DNA of 64,000 bases from Candidatus Eiseniibacteriota bacterium (lineage in GTDB: Bacteria; Eisenbacteria; RBG-16-71-46; CAVPCR01): positions 608,001-672,000 of the forward strand of contig CAWGMA010000001.1 in assembly GCA_963823555.1 (NCBI GenBank). Reading direction: 5' to 3'. The position numbers were made by a program, and so were the translations under genes. This document shows positions 1 to 10,629 of this stretch, in pieces (the first letter of the stretch is position 1; each line of letters opens with the position of its first letter). Under the pieces are notes generated by a model. It did not search any database and was not told the DNA's origin. It was given only the letters and a program-made list of their open reading frames with translations.

Positions 1-518
1 AGAGTCTCGGCCCCGGCACCTATGTGCTCGAGCTGACGGCGGCATACCGCGGCGAGAACGCAACCTCATCGCGGGAGTTCGAGATCGACGCGAGTCGGAT
101 CGACATCGAGCGCAATTACGATGATTATGTCGAGCTGGTGCGCTACTACCTCGGCGAGGAGGCCGAGGAACTGCGCGGCGCGCCGCCGGGAGAGCGGCGT
201 GCCCGCTGGGATGCCTTCTGGAAGGAGAGGGATCCCGATCCCGGCACTCCGGAGAACGAGCGCCTCGACGAGTTCATTTCCCGGATCCGAGTTGCGGCTG
301 ATCGTTTCCCGGAACGCGGCAAGCCGGGTTGGGATACCGACCGTGGCAAGGTCTACATCCGGTATGGCGATCCCGAGGACATCGAGCAGGTGCCTGCCGG
401 CTTCAACGCACCGGCCTATGAGATCTGGCGCTACACGAGCCGCAATCTGACCTTTGTCTTCGCCGACACCGGCGGGTTCGGCGAATACATCCTGGTCCAG
501 CCATCCAGTCCATTCTAG
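1..518 (+). CDS. GWxTD domain protein (5'-truncated by window edge)
   Basis: FWKERDPDPGTPENE and GWDTDRGKVYIRYGDP motifs. Confidence 0.85.
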   Translation, partial: SLGPGTYVLELTAAYRGENATSSREFEIDASRIDIERNYDDYVELVRYYLGEEAEELRGAPPGERRARWDAFWKERDPDPGTPENERLDEFISRIRVAADRFPERGKPGWDTDRGKVYIRYGDPEDIEQVPAGFNAPAYEIWRYTSRNLTFVFADTGGFGEYILVQPSSPF

Positions 519-521
519 CCG

Positions 522-1445
522 GTGACAGGTGCCATGGCCCGCCACCCCGAGCCCCCAGCTGCCGTGGTCGTGACACCGCTGGCCCATCTGCACGCCAAGC
601 CCGATCATCGCGCCGAACTCAAGAGCCAGCGTCTCGGCGGGGAGCTGGTGCGCCTCATCGAGCGCCACGGCTCCTGGTGGCTAGTGGCGGCCTGGGATGG
701 CTACCGTGGATGGGTGCGCGACTGGTCGCTGGCGATCTTGAGCCCGGCCGAGGCCCGGGATTGGGCCCATGCGGCCCAGGCCTGTGCCTGGGGTCACGCC
801 GTCAAGTTGCGCGTCGCCCCCGACTCCGGTGCGCCGGCCCGCCTGCTCTTGCCCTGGGGAGCCCGAGTCGCGCCGCTCGCCAGGCTCGACCACGGGGGGG
901 AATCCTGGGTCCGGGTTCGCCATCCGGAGGGATGGATCGGCTACATGCGCGCTCCGGAGATCGGCCCACGATGGGAACGGGAGTCCGGACGGCTCCGCTC
1001 CGGGCTCCGAGCCGCCGCGCTCGCTCGTGCCCAATGCGGTGTCAGCTACCTGTGGGGAGGGGCTTCGAGCTGGGGATTCGATTGCTCCGGGCTCGTGCAG
1101 TGGGCATTCGCCCTCGCAGGCCGCGCCCTGCCGCGCGACGCAGCAGACCAGATTCGCGTGGCTCGTCCCCTGGGCTTGAGAGAGACGGCAGAGGCCGGGG
1201 ATCTTCTCTTCTTCGGTCGTGAGGGCGCTGTGAACCACGTCGCCATCTTCACCGCCCCGCCGCGGTTCGTGCATGCCTATGGCCGCGTCGAGGAAGCCCA
1301 GCTCTCCGGCCCGGGTACCGATGCTCGTCCCGAACTGCGCGCGATCTGCCTCGGCGCCTTCCGGCTGGGTGATGACACCCCCCGATCCTCCGGCCCTGCT
1401 CCTCGGTCCCGACCCGACTCCCGATCGTCTCGCGCGCGCCGATAA
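522..1445 (+). CDS. SH3 + NlpC/P60 cell-wall peptidase
   Basis: YLWGGASSWGFDCSG catalytic Cys, LPRDA, GDLLFF, NHVAI; SH3-like N-terminus (GYRGWV). Confidence 0.85.
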   Translation: MTGAMARHPEPPAAVVVTPLAHLHAKPDHRAELKSQRLGGELVRLIERHGSWWLVAAWDGYRGWVRDWSLAILSPAEARDWAHAAQACAWGHAVKLRVAPDSGAPARLLLPWGARVAPLARLDHGGESWVRVRHPEGWIGYMRAPEIGPRWERESGRLRSGLRAAALARAQCGVSYLWGGASSWGFDCSGLVQWAFALAGRALPRDAADQIRVARPLGLRETAEAGDLLFFGREGAVNHVAIFTAPPRFVHAYGRVEEAQLSGPGTDARPELRAICLGAFRLGDDTPRSSGPAPRSRPDSRSSRARR

Positions 1446-1524
1446 CGAGACGGGGGAGATCCGCCCGCGGTCCGCGTCCGGGCGGCCGCTCACGGCTGCT
1501 CGGCCCGACTTGCCAAGAGCCCGC

Positions 1525-2766
1525 ATGTACTACTACTTCTTCTTTGTCCCCATCGGGACCGATGTCACCTGCCGGCGCCGGAGCCTGGTCACGCCGCTCC
1601 TGGTCCTGGCCAACATCGGCGCCTACCTCGTGGCCGAGGTGATCCTGGGCGATCCCCGGATCACCTATGCCCTGGCCTGGAAGCCATCGGCTCCCACGCT
1701 CGTGTCAGCGCTCACCGCCTGTTTCCTTCATGCCGGGCCACTGCACCTCGCCGGGAACATGCTCTACCTGTTGCTGCTGGGGCCGGCCGTCGAGGACCGG
1801 CTCGGGCGCGGGCGGTTTCTCGTCATGTATCTCATGTCCGGCGTGCTGGCGATGGTCGTCCAGGCGGCCGTCGTGCTCACGATCGCGCCTTCCTTCGCGG
1901 ACTATCCGGTGGTGGGCGCATCGGGCGCGGTGGCGGGTGTGGTCGGTGCCCTCCTTGTCCGGCTGCCTCATGCCCGTGTTCGTGTTGCCTCGGCCACGCT
2001 CATGCTCCTGCACGGCGTGAACAAGGTCGGGGTGCGCCATCTGCCGGTTCCCGTGGCCGTCGCCGCCTGGATGATTCTCCAGCTGGCCTATGGTCTCTTC
2101 TCGCCAAGCGGTCACACTGCCTATTGGTCCCACCTTGGCGGCCTCCTGGCAGGAGGGGCGCTGGCCGTGGCGGGAGGCGCGCTCAGAGCGGGGCGATACG
2201 AGCGGCGGCTTGCTCGAGCCGGGCGCTACATGGAGGGCGGTGGTTGGTTCCAGGCCTGCGGCGAGTATGAGTCGGCGCTCCGTCTCACCAGGGATCGCGA
2301 CCCGGCCGTGCTCTCGGCCTACGCCCGAGCGCTGGTCGCGGCGAAGAGGCGGGGACGGGCGATTCGTCTCTACCGGGATGCCGTGCACGGGGAGCTGAAG
2401 AGGGGGCGGATGGCGGCGGCCACGGCTCTCTATCAGGAGCTCGAGCGCCTGCTCCCGGCTGCTGGCCTCCATGCCGGCGACCAGCTCAAGATGGCTCGCG
2501 GCCTACGGATGGAGGGCGAATTCGAGACGAGCGCCCAGGCGCTCCTGGACTTCGCGGAGTCGGCGGAGGACCCGGCCCAGGCCGAGATGGCACGCCTTCT
2601 GGCCGCGGAGATCCTCCAGCAGCTCCTGGGTGACCAGGAGGCGGCAGGTGCGATCTACCGCGACATCGATCCGCGCTCGCTATCCCCGCGCTGGGCGGAG
2701 TGCCTGGCTCTGCGCCGGGCCAGAGGATTCACGAGCCGCCGCTCTCCAGAAGGAAATGCCGCCTGA
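1525..2766 (+). CDS. Rhomboid intramembrane serine protease with TPR-like C-terminal region
   Basis: HLAGNMLYL, GASG, HLGG motifs; helical soluble C-terminal half. Confidence 0.85.
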   Translation: MYYYFFFVPIGTDVTCRRRSLVTPLLVLANIGAYLVAEVILGDPRITYALAWKPSAPTLVSALTACFLHAGPLHLAGNMLYLLLLGPAVEDRLGRGRFLVMYLMSGVLAMVVQAAVVLTIAPSFADYPVVGASGAVAGVVGALLVRLPHARVRVASATLMLLHGVNKVGVRHLPVPVAVAAWMILQLAYGLFSPSGHTAYWSHLGGLLAGGALAVAGGALRAGRYERRLARAGRYMEGGGWFQACGEYESALRLTRDRDPAVLSAYARALVAAKRRGRAIRLYRDAVHGELKRGRMAAATALYQELERLLPAAGLHAGDQLKMARGLRMEGEFETSAQALLDFAESAEDPAQAEMARLLAAEILQQLLGDQEAAGAIYRDIDPRSLSPRWAECLALRRARGFTSRRSPEGNAA

Positions 2767-2798
2767 TTCCGCCTCCCGTTCCGGCGGCGATCCTGGAC

Positions 2799-3392
2799 CT
2801 AGATGCAACCGCTCGCAAAGACCTGCTGCGTCCGCGTGTCCTTGTCGAAGAGGTGCACGCGGCTCTCGACCGTCTGCTCGAACATGATGCGCGTGAAGCA
2901 GGGCGAGAGCAGCTTGGCTTCCTTGCTGGTGGTGTTCTCAGCCAGGATCAGCGCCTTGGGAACGAGCTTGTGCGAGGGGTCGACGAACCAGATGGCGACT
3001 GTCTCCTTGCCGGTGAAGTTGATGTGCTGCTTGAAGTCGTACTGGCCCACCGCGTCGGTCAGGACCTCGCGGCACATCATGCCGTCGACAAACAGCTTGA
3101 CCTGGATCCCGGCCAGCGGCTTCTCGGTGCGATCAAGCACGGTTCCGAGGACTTGGGTCTCGCCTTTCATGACCGGGAGAAGGCCGTGCGGTACATCCCG
3201 CTGCGGCTTGAGCGTGTCATCAGGAGGACGGGTGTCCGTTGTGGCTGGCCCAGGCAGGGTGTCGGCCGGTGCCAAGAGCACGCCGATGGCGAGGGTGAGG
3301 ATGAGAAGAGCAGGGAACCGGCCGGAAAGCCGAACAGATCGCATGGTGCGCTGGGTGCGATGGGCGCAAGCGGCTAACTCAAGGCGTTTCAT
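2799..3392 (-). CDS. Secreted hypothetical protein with carboxypeptidase-regulatory-like beta-sandwich
   Basis: Signal-peptide-like hydrophobic stretch; GTVLDRTEKPLAGIQVKL...TDAVGQYDF; start uncertain. Confidence 0.55.
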   Translation of the reverse strand: MKRLELAACAHRTQRTMRSVRLSGRFPALLILTLAIGVLLAPADTLPGPATTDTRPPDDTLKPQRDVPHGLLPVMKGETQVLGTVLDRTEKPLAGIQVKLFVDGMMCREVLTDAVGQYDFKQHINFTGKETVAIWFVDPSHKLVPKALILAENTTSKEAKLLSPCFTRIMFEQTVESRVHLFDKDTRTQQVFASGCI

Positions 3393-3430
3393 GGTGAACA
3401 CCTCCGCGTGAGCACTCGGGGCCCGATCGG

Positions 3431-3460
3431 AGGCTAGCACCGGGGTCTCGGAAGTGTCAA
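3431..3460 (-). promoter_or_regulatory. sigma70-type promoter
   Basis: TTGACA-18-TAGCCT on the minus strand. Confidence 0.5.
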
Positions 3461-3652
3461 ACCCGCCTCGGGACGTGCTTCGTGTTCGCCCGGGCGTCGC
3501 GAGGAGAGTCTCCCCGCCGTCGACCCCCTCCGGATGACGGGTCCAGGTCCGGGGTGGGGAAGGCCTGGCCAGCTGTGCGAAAATGAGCCGCCAGATTTTG
3601 AGCCGGCGGGTCCTATCGAGGGGTTTCCCGCGGTTTGCGGCCGTGAAGCTGC

Positions 3653-3681
3653 TTGCAAAGGCCGGGCCCCTCTGGTAGCTT
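3653..3681 (+). promoter_or_regulatory. sigma70-type promoter of the mre operon
   Basis: TTGCAA-17-TAGCTT. Confidence 0.5.
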
Positions 3682-3978
3682 GCAACTCGGCTTTATCCTT
3701 GGACTTGCTGGATGGTCCGAGCGCTCGTCGCCGGCGCGGGATGGCCGTCCACGCGAGCGGTACGGCAGATCTGCCAGTGGAATGGAGGTTGCTCGGCCCG
3801 ATGAGCAGGGGTCGGGATCCAGGCTCCGATCTCCGTTCTCTCGTCCTCGTCGGTAGGCCGGTTTTCCTCCGCCTCGCGGCCAGGAGGTCCTTCCACGCCG
3901 CCATGGACGGGCGCCAGGAACTCTCCTCTAGCCGGGTGTGGAGTGCCTCGTGCGCTCCACGCTCGCACCGGGAGCACC

Positions 3979-5013
3979 ATGTTCAGCTATCTGATGGGCT
4001 TCCTTTCGAACGACGTCGCCATCGATCTGGGTACGGCCAACACTCTCGTCTACGTGCAGGGGAAGGGCATCGTACTCAACGAGCCATCGGTCGTCGCTGT
4101 CGAGAAGGCGACGGGCAAGGTGATCGCTGTCGGGCATGCTGCCAAGGCGATGCTCGGCCGCACTCCGGACAAGATCGACGCTGTCCGTCCATTGCGTGAC
4201 GGCGTCATCGCCGATTTCGAGAAGACCGAGGATCTCCTCTCGTCATTCATCCAGCGCGTCCAGCGTCGCAAGTTCCTCGTTCGCCCGCGCGTCATCATCT
4301 GCGTGCCGTCGGGCATCACCGAGGTCGAAAAGCGTGCTGTGCGTGACTCCGCAGAGCATGCCGGCGCGCGCGAAGTGCTGCTCGTGGCCGAGCCCATAGC
4401 GGCCGCCATCGGTGTCGGACTCCCCGTTTCGAAGCCGACCGGCAACATGGTGATCGACATCGGCGGCGGTACGACCGAGATCGCGGTCATGGCGCTCAAC
4501 GACATCGTGCACCACGAGTCGATCCGTGTCGGCGGGGACGAGATGGATGAGGCCCTCGTTCAGTATATGAAGAAGGCCTACAACATGCTCATCGGTGACC
4601 AGACCGCCGAGTACATCAAGATCAAGGTGGGGTCGGCGTTCAAAATCGGTGAGGAGCAGGAGCTGGAGATCAAGGGACGCGACCTGATCGCCGGCATCCC
4701 GAAGACCATGAAGATCTCGTCAGCCGAGGTGCGTGAAGCTCTCCTCGAACCGACCAACTCAATCGTCGATGCGGTCAAGCGCTCTCTCGAGCGGACTCCG
4801 CCGGAGCTGGCTTCCGACATCGTCGACAAAGGCATCGTGATGACCGGAGGCGGCTCGCTGTTGCGCGGGCTCGACGCCCTCCTGCGCGAGCACACCAACC
4901 TGCCCGTGACGGTGGCCGAGGATCCGCTGCTGTGCGTTGTTCTTGGCAGCGGCAAGATTCTCGAAGACCTCGAGACGTACGAAAAGGTGGTGATGAACAC
5001 CACCGAGGACTGA
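3979..5013 (+). CDS. mreB: Rod shape-determining protein MreB
   Basis: AIDLGTANT, DIGGGTTE, GGGSLL motifs; GGAG RBS. Confidence 0.97.
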   Translation: MFSYLMGFLSNDVAIDLGTANTLVYVQGKGIVLNEPSVVAVEKATGKVIAVGHAAKAMLGRTPDKIDAVRPLRDGVIADFEKTEDLLSSFIQRVQRRKFLVRPRVIICVPSGITEVEKRAVRDSAEHAGAREVLLVAEPIAAAIGVGLPVSKPTGNMVIDIGGGTTEIAVMALNDIVHHESIRVGGDEMDEALVQYMKKAYNMLIGDQTAEYIKIKVGSAFKIGEEQELEIKGRDLIAGIPKTMKISSAEVREALLEPTNSIVDAVKRSLERTPPELASDIVDKGIVMTGGGSLLRGLDALLREHTNLPVTVAEDPLLCVVLGSGKILEDLETYEKVVMNTTED

Positions 5014-5057
5014 TCCCGGAGATTGGGCGCGGGACGGACCCTGGCGCCAACCTGTCC

Positions 5058-6047
5058 ATGGAGAGAAGCCCTGAATCGCGGAGCCGAGCCGGCCTCCTCG
5101 ACCGCCGCGGAGAGCTCGCGGTCGTGTTTTGCCTCTCCACGCTCGCCATCGTGCTCATGCTCTTCAGCGACTCGACCCAGGCGCAAATCGCGCGCCACGT
5201 CGAGGACTTCGTCCTCAGCCCGTTCCGGACAGTGGATCGCGGCTACCGGCACATGGTCGCTGCGTTCACTTCGAATCAGCATCTCGAGCAGGAGCTGGCG
5301 GCCGCCAAGATCGAACTGGCCCAGACGGCGGAGATGCGACGTGAGAACGCGCGCTTGCGGGCGATGCTCGGCTTCCAGGCCCGCGAAGGGATCGAGCTCA
5401 TCGGTTGCGAGGTGCTGGCCGAGGGCGCGGGACGGCTGGGAGGGACGATCGTCCTCCTCAACCGCGGCTACGACCAGGGCATCCGCACCGGGCAGCCGCT
5501 CGCGGGCCGCGAGGGTCTGGCCGGCAAGGTGGTCGAGGTTCGCCCCGAGCGCTCGCATGCCATCCTGCTCAATCATCCCGATTGCGCCGTGGCGGTGCGC
5601 ATCGAGCGGAGCCGCGTGGCCGGTATCATCGAGTGGTCGCCAGGAGCGTTCGGCGCGCTCAAGCTCCGCAACATCTCCTATCTGGCCGATGTCAAGGTGG
5701 GCGATCTGGTGATCTCTTCGGGCCTGGGTGGGGTGTTCCCGGAAGGCATCCCCGTGGGCCGGATCACCAAGGTGAGCCCGGATGACACGGGTCTCGTCCT
5801 CGACATCACCGTCAAGCCGGCCGTCGATTTCAGCGCTTTGGAAGAAGTCTTTGCGATGGAGAAAGCGGCACGATCGCCGGACTCGGCCGGCCTCAGCGAT
5901 TCCGCGCCGGAAGTCGGAGTCGCGGGGGACCCACGGACGGAGAATCTCGGGCGCAGCGAGGAACGCCTGCCCGGGCCGCTCAACTCAGTTCGTCCGGCCC
6001 CCGCCACGCCTCCGGCGGAGGACGGCGGCCTCATAGGTTCGCGATGA
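5058..6047 (+). CDS. mreC: Rod shape-determining protein MreC
   Basis: TM helix, ENARLRAML coiled coil, SSGLGGVFPEGIPVG; synteny. Confidence 0.93.
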   Translation: MERSPESRSRAGLLDRRGELAVVFCLSTLAIVLMLFSDSTQAQIARHVEDFVLSPFRTVDRGYRHMVAAFTSNQHLEQELAAAKIELAQTAEMRRENARLRAMLGFQAREGIELIGCEVLAEGAGRLGGTIVLLNRGYDQGIRTGQPLAGREGLAGKVVEVRPERSHAILLNHPDCAVAVRIERSRVAGIIEWSPGAFGALKLRNISYLADVKVGDLVISSGLGGVFPEGIPVGRITKVSPDDTGLVLDITVKPAVDFSALEEVFAMEKAARSPDSAGLSDSAPEVGVAGDPRTENLGRSEERLPGPLNSVRPAPATPPAEDGGLIGSR

Positions 6048-6598
6048 ACGCCCGCCGCCCGGTCGACCATGCGCTGTGGCGCCGATCCTCCCTCGTGCTC
6101 GCCGGCTTCGTGCTAGCCGCTCTGGCGCTCGAGACCTCGGTCACCTTCCGGCTGGCAGCCTTCGGCATCGAGCCCAACCTCCTGCTGGCTCTGACCTACT
6201 ACTTCGCCCGCTACCAGGGGGCGGTGCCGGGCGCCGTGCTCGGATTCCTCGTGGGTCTCCTCGAGGATCTCTCGGCGCCCCAGGACCTCGGGGTCCATGC
6301 TCTGGCCAAGTGCCTGGTCGGCTTCGCCATCGGCAAGCTCTGGGCTGAACAACGGATCTTCAAGGACAATCTGCGGGCCCAGACTCTCACCCTGTTCCTG
6401 GCGGGCGTGGGCCACGATCTCGTCGTCTTCACCTTCATCTCCCGTGCTGATGCCCTGCAGTTCCTGTCGCTCTTCTTCCGCGTCGGCTTGCCCACGGCGA
6501 TCTACACGGCCATCTTCTGCCCTCTCCTCGTGACCGCCTGGAGCTGGCTGCGCGCGAAGGGGCCTCGGCTTCATGAACGGATCTTCCGCATCAACTAG
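6044..6598 (+). CDS. mreD: Rod shape-determining protein MreD
   Basis: Hydrophobic, PNLLL, GFLVGLLEDL; synteny. Confidence 0.9.
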   Translation: MNARRPVDHALWRRSSLVLAGFVLAALALETSVTFRLAAFGIEPNLLLALTYYFARYQGAVPGAVLGFLVGLLEDLSAPQDLGVHALAKCLVGFAIGKLWAEQRIFKDNLRAQTLTLFLAGVGHDLVVFTFISRADALQFLSLFFRVGLPTAIYTAIFCPLLVTAWSWLRAKGPRLHERIFRIN

Positions 6599-8504
6599 AG
6601 GAGGCCGCGGCGCGGGGGGCGAGCCGGCCCGCGCTTCGGCGGCGCGCGCTCGCTGGGCCTACCAGGTGATGGCGATCGCCTTCATGATCCTCATCGTGCG
6701 CCTCCTCTACCTGCAGTGGGTGGATCACACACGGCTGCGGGAGCTGGCCAAGGAGAACGTCCTTCGCGAGGAAGTGCTGCCGGCCATCCGTGGTGTCGTT
6801 CGCGATCGCCAGGGGCGTACGCTCATCGACTCCGAGCCTTCATCCTCGGTCGCCGTCGATCCCTTCGACCGAGCCTTTCGCGAGGAAGGCGTGCTCGACC
6901 GGACGCTGTCGCGACTGGCCGAGATCATCGGCGTCGATCCGGAGCTGATGGCCGAGAAGATCGCCAGCGAAAGGGGCCGTTCCTATCTGCCTGTCCACGT
7001 CAAGCGCAACATCGATCAGGTAACCGTGGCCTATATCGAAGAGCATCGAGAGCTGCTCCCAGGGGTGTCGATCGTGATCGAGCCCCGACGCCGTTACGTG
7101 CATGGGAAGGCGGCGGCTCACCTCCTGGGCTACGTCGGCGAGATCGCGGACAAGGAGGTGGGTGTGACGGTCGAGGAGGCAATGGCCCCCGCTGCCGGCC
7201 GTGGACTGGATGAGCGGCACGGGTCCGCCGGCTTCATCGGCCGCCGCTACCAGCGCGGCGATCTCATCGGGCGCTCCGGCGTCGAGGCCACTTTCGAGGA
7301 ACACCTCTGCGGATTGAACGGAGTGCGCTTGATCGAGGTGAATGCTCTCGGCCGGCGCGTGGACGAGCTCATGCCGCTCAGCGGATTCGCCAAGGTGCGG
7401 CCCCCGGTGGCCGGCGCGGAGGCGGTGCTCACGCTCGACCTCGACCTGCAGCTGGCGGCCGAGGCGGCGTTCCCGGATTCGTTGATCGGCGCCCTCGTGG
7501 TTCTCGACCCGCGCACCGGTGGTGTGCTGGCCGCTGTGAGTCGACCGGCCTTCGATCCCAACGAATTCTCCGCCGGGCTGTCCGGCAAGGCATGGCAGGA
7601 GCTCGAGAGCAATCCAGCGCACCCGCTGCTCAATCGGGCCTTTCGCTCGGCGTATCCGCCCGGCTCGGTGTTCAAGGTCGTGACGGGTTCGGCGGTGCTC
7701 GACCGCAATGCGGTCGGCCCCCATGAGTATCTCAAGAGCTGCGTTGGCGGATATCAGTTTGGCACGCGCTTCTTCCGCTGCCATCATGTGCACGGTCCGG
7801 TTGTCTTCAGCGAGGCGATGATGGTGTCGTGCGACACGTACTTCTACCAAGCCGGGCTGCGCGTGGGCATCGACCATCTGGCCGACTACGCGCGGCGTTT
7901 CGGTCTTGGACAGCCGACCGGGATCGAGCTCAGCGAACGGTCGGGCTTCTTCCCGGATACGGCCTGGTATGATCGCCGTTTCGGCAAGGGCAAATGGAGC
8001 AAGGGGCTTCTTCTCAATCTCTCGATCGGCCAGGGCGAGATCCTGACCACGCCGCTCCAGCTGGCCGTGCTGATGAGCGCGATCAGCACGGGGAACGTCG
8101 CCGTGCCGCACGTGATGCAGAGCCTCGATGGCCGGCCGTTGCCCGTGCCCGAGCCACGGCCGCTGGAGCTCGCACCGGCTGTGCGCTCACGGGTCGTGGA
8201 AGCCCTGGAGCGCGTGGTGATGGACGAGAGAGGCACCGGCAAGCGCGCCCGGGTGCCGGGCGTGCGCGTGGCCGGCAAGACGGGGACCGCGCAGAATCCG
8301 CACGGGGAAGATCATGCCGTGTTCGCCGCCTTCGCTCCGGTCGAAGATCCACAGATCGCAGTCGCGATCATCATCGAGAACGTGGGCCATGGCGGCGAAT
8401 TCGCCGCCCCGGTGGCGGGGCAGATCCTTCGCGCCTACTTTGGGCGGGGCGGCGGCGAGCTGGCGGCCGGAGGCATGGCGCCGTCCGCGACCGAGGCCGA
8501 CTGA
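6573..8504 (+). CDS. mrdA: Penicillin-binding protein 2
   Basis: PGSVFK (SxxK), SCD (SxD), KTGTAQ. Confidence 0.95.
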   Translation: MNGSSASTRGGRGAGGEPARASAARARWAYQVMAIAFMILIVRLLYLQWVDHTRLRELAKENVLREEVLPAIRGVVRDRQGRTLIDSEPSSSVAVDPFDRAFREEGVLDRTLSRLAEIIGVDPELMAEKIASERGRSYLPVHVKRNIDQVTVAYIEEHRELLPGVSIVIEPRRRYVHGKAAAHLLGYVGEIADKEVGVTVEEAMAPAAGRGLDERHGSAGFIGRRYQRGDLIGRSGVEATFEEHLCGLNGVRLIEVNALGRRVDELMPLSGFAKVRPPVAGAEAVLTLDLDLQLAAEAAFPDSLIGALVVLDPRTGGVLAAVSRPAFDPNEFSAGLSGKAWQELESNPAHPLLNRAFRSAYPPGSVFKVVTGSAVLDRNAVGPHEYLKSCVGGYQFGTRFFRCHHVHGPVVFSEAMMVSCDTYFYQAGLRVGIDHLADYARRFGLGQPTGIELSERSGFFPDTAWYDRRFGKGKWSKGLLLNLSIGQGEILTTPLQLAVLMSAISTGNVAVPHVMQSLDGRPLPVPEPRPLELAPAVRSRVVEALERVVMDERGTGKRARVPGVRVAGKTGTAQNPHGEDHAVFAAFAPVEDPQIAVAIIIENVGHGGEFAAPVAGQILRAYFGRGGGELAAGGMAPSATEAD

Positions 8505-8514
8505 TGGGTGACGG

Positions 8515-9765
8515 ATGACCGGGCGCGGGGCCAGAGGGCTGTTCTCGGGATCGCAGCTCGCGGTGCTCGTCTCCGCGATCCTGCTCTCCGCGTTCGGGAT
8601 CCTCCTCATCTACTCGGCGGCAACTGGCTCGCGCTTCGCGGCGATCACCAATCATCATCAGCGTCAGCTGTTGTGGCTCGGGCTCGGGATCATCGCCATG
8701 GCCGGCGCCGTGACGATTCCCTTCACCATCTACGAGGGACTGCGCACCTACGTGGGCTGGGCCATATCGATCCTGCTCCTCGCGCTCGTGCCGCTGATCG
8801 GAGAGACCAGCCTCGGAGCTCAGCGCTGGCTGGACATCGGCGGCATCCGCTTTCAGCCGTCCGAGGTCGCCAAGCTGACGACGGTGGTTGTTCTGGCCTA
8901 CTATCTCTCGCGCCGCCGTCGCGACCTGATGAGCGTCCGCAGCTTGATCCTGCCCTGCATGCTCGTGCTGTTGCCGCTGGCCTTGATCCTGAAGCAGCCC
9001 GATTTGGGAACGGCGCTCTCGTTTCCCTTCATTCTCTTCTCCATGCTGTATTGGGCGGGGCTGCCGTTCTCCTATCTGGCGCTCCTGGTGTCTCCGGTCT
9101 TGAGCCTTCTGGCCGCTTTCTCCGCTGCCACCTGGGGCATCTTCGCCGTGGCCTTCGTGGTCACGCTGTACTACTCCTTGACGCGCTATCGCTTGCGCTG
9201 GGCTCCGGTGATCGCGCTGTGTTGCATCAACCTGGCGGTCGGGGTGGCCACGCCGCAGATCTGGGGCTCCATGAAGGAGTACCAGCGTGATCGGATCACG
9301 GCCTTTCTCAACCCGGGGCATGATCGCTTCGGCTCCGGGTACCAGATCATCCAATCCGAGATTGCCATCGGGTCGGGGGGGCTTTTCGGTCAGGGTTATC
9401 TGCAGGGTACGCAGAAGAACTTCCAGTTCCTGCCCGAGAAGCACACCGACTTCGTGTTCTCCGTGGTAGGCGAGGAGTTCGGGTTCACCGGATGCCTCCT
9501 CGTCGTCGTCCTCTATTTCGTGCTCTTCAGCGGAGTGATCGGCATCGCCAAGAGCGCGCGCAGTCGGTTTGCCAGCCTGATCGCCTTTGGCATCGGCGCG
9601 CCGTTGTTCTTCCACGTCGTCGTCAATATCGCGATGACCATCGGATTCGCGCCGGTGGCTGGGCTCCCCCTGCCGTTTCTTTCCTACGGTGGGACCGCCC
9701 TTCTCATGAACTTGGTCGGGCTCGGGATGGTGATCGGAATCGGGATCAGGCGCCACGAGTACTAG
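8515..9765 (+). CDS. rodA: SEDS protein RodA
   Basis: FQPSEVAK, QPDLGTA, PEKHTDF, LPFLSYGG. Confidence 0.95.
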   Translation: MTGRGARGLFSGSQLAVLVSAILLSAFGILLIYSAATGSRFAAITNHHQRQLLWLGLGIIAMAGAVTIPFTIYEGLRTYVGWAISILLLALVPLIGETSLGAQRWLDIGGIRFQPSEVAKLTTVVVLAYYLSRRRRDLMSVRSLILPCMLVLLPLALILKQPDLGTALSFPFILFSMLYWAGLPFSYLALLVSPVLSLLAAFSAATWGIFAVAFVVTLYYSLTRYRLRWAPVIALCCINLAVGVATPQIWGSMKEYQRDRITAFLNPGHDRFGSGYQIIQSEIAIGSGGLFGQGYLQGTQKNFQFLPEKHTDFVFSVVGEEFGFTGCLLVVVLYFVLFSGVIGIAKSARSRFASLIAFGIGAPLFFHVVVNIAMTIGFAPVAGLPLPFLSYGGTALLMNLVGLGMVIGIGIRRHEY

Positions 9766-9815
9766 ACACTACGGTGGGGAGCTCCCGAGAGGGGTGCCAG
9801 GAAGAAGATGACAGC

Positions 9816-10628
9816 GTGATTCCAACTCTTCTCAAGATCGGGCCGCTCGAAATCCACAGCTACGGATTGATGCTGGCGATCGCCTTCATCGTCGGCATGC
9901 AACTCGCTCTGGCCGAGTCGCGTCGCCGCGGGCTTGATGAGGCGCGGCTGGCGACGCTCTGCCTGTGGATTCTCGTGGCCTCGGTTGGCGGAGCCCGCCT
10001 CATGTACATCGCAAGCCACCCCGACGCCTACGCGGGGCGGTGGCTCGATGCCCTCAAGCTGTGGGAAGGGGGCCTCACCATGTACGGCGGCTTCGTGGCC
10101 GCCCTTCTCGTCTCGCTCATCTACCTGCGCCAGAACAACATGCAGGTGGCGGAGGTCTTCGATGCCTTCAGCCCGGCCATTGCGCTGGGCTCCGGAATCA
10201 CGCGACTCGGGTGTTTCCTGAACGGTTGCTGCTTCGGCCACCCCTGTTCCTTGCCATGGGGCGTGACCTTCGATCCCGATTCATTCGCGGGACGTGTCTA
10301 TCCGGGGATCCCGCTCCATCCGACCCAGCTCTATCTGGCCCTGGCCGGATTCATGAGCTTCGCTTTGCTGTGGGCGCTGCGCGGGCGTCTCAAGCGTCCC
10401 GGTCAGCTGTTCTTCGTGTTTCTCCTCCTCGAATCGGGTTCGCGGTTCGTTGTCGACTTCTTCCGCCACTACGAGCCCGGTGGTGAGTCGGTCGCCGTGC
10501 TGGGCGCACATCTGAGCCTGACCCAGGTCCTCTGCCTCGTGCTGATCGTGGTCGCGATCTTCGGGCTCGCGCGCATGGCGGGCCCGCGACTGCCGGCCGC
10601 CAGCGCCGGCAGCGGGGGCGGGAGGTAG
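9816..10628 (+). CDS. lgt: Prolipoprotein diacylglyceryl transferase
   Basis: IHSYGLM, GGLTMYGG, RLGCFLNGCC, HPTQLY; GTG start. Confidence 0.93.
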   Translation: MIPTLLKIGPLEIHSYGLMLAIAFIVGMQLALAESRRRGLDEARLATLCLWILVASVGGARLMYIASHPDAYAGRWLDALKLWEGGLTMYGGFVAALLVSLIYLRQNNMQVAEVFDAFSPAIALGSGITRLGCFLNGCCFGHPCSLPWGVTFDPDSFAGRVYPGIPLHPTQLYLALAGFMSFALLWALRGRLKRPGQLFFVFLLLESGSRFVVDFFRHYEPGGESVAVLGAHLSLTQVLCLVLIVVAIFGLARMAGPRLPAASAGSGGGR

Positions 10629-10629
10629 C

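Noticed and set aside
3440..3960. RNase P, SRP or tmRNA in the mreB upstream gap
   Set aside because: No GAGGAAAGTCC, SRP loop or tRNA-like ends found.
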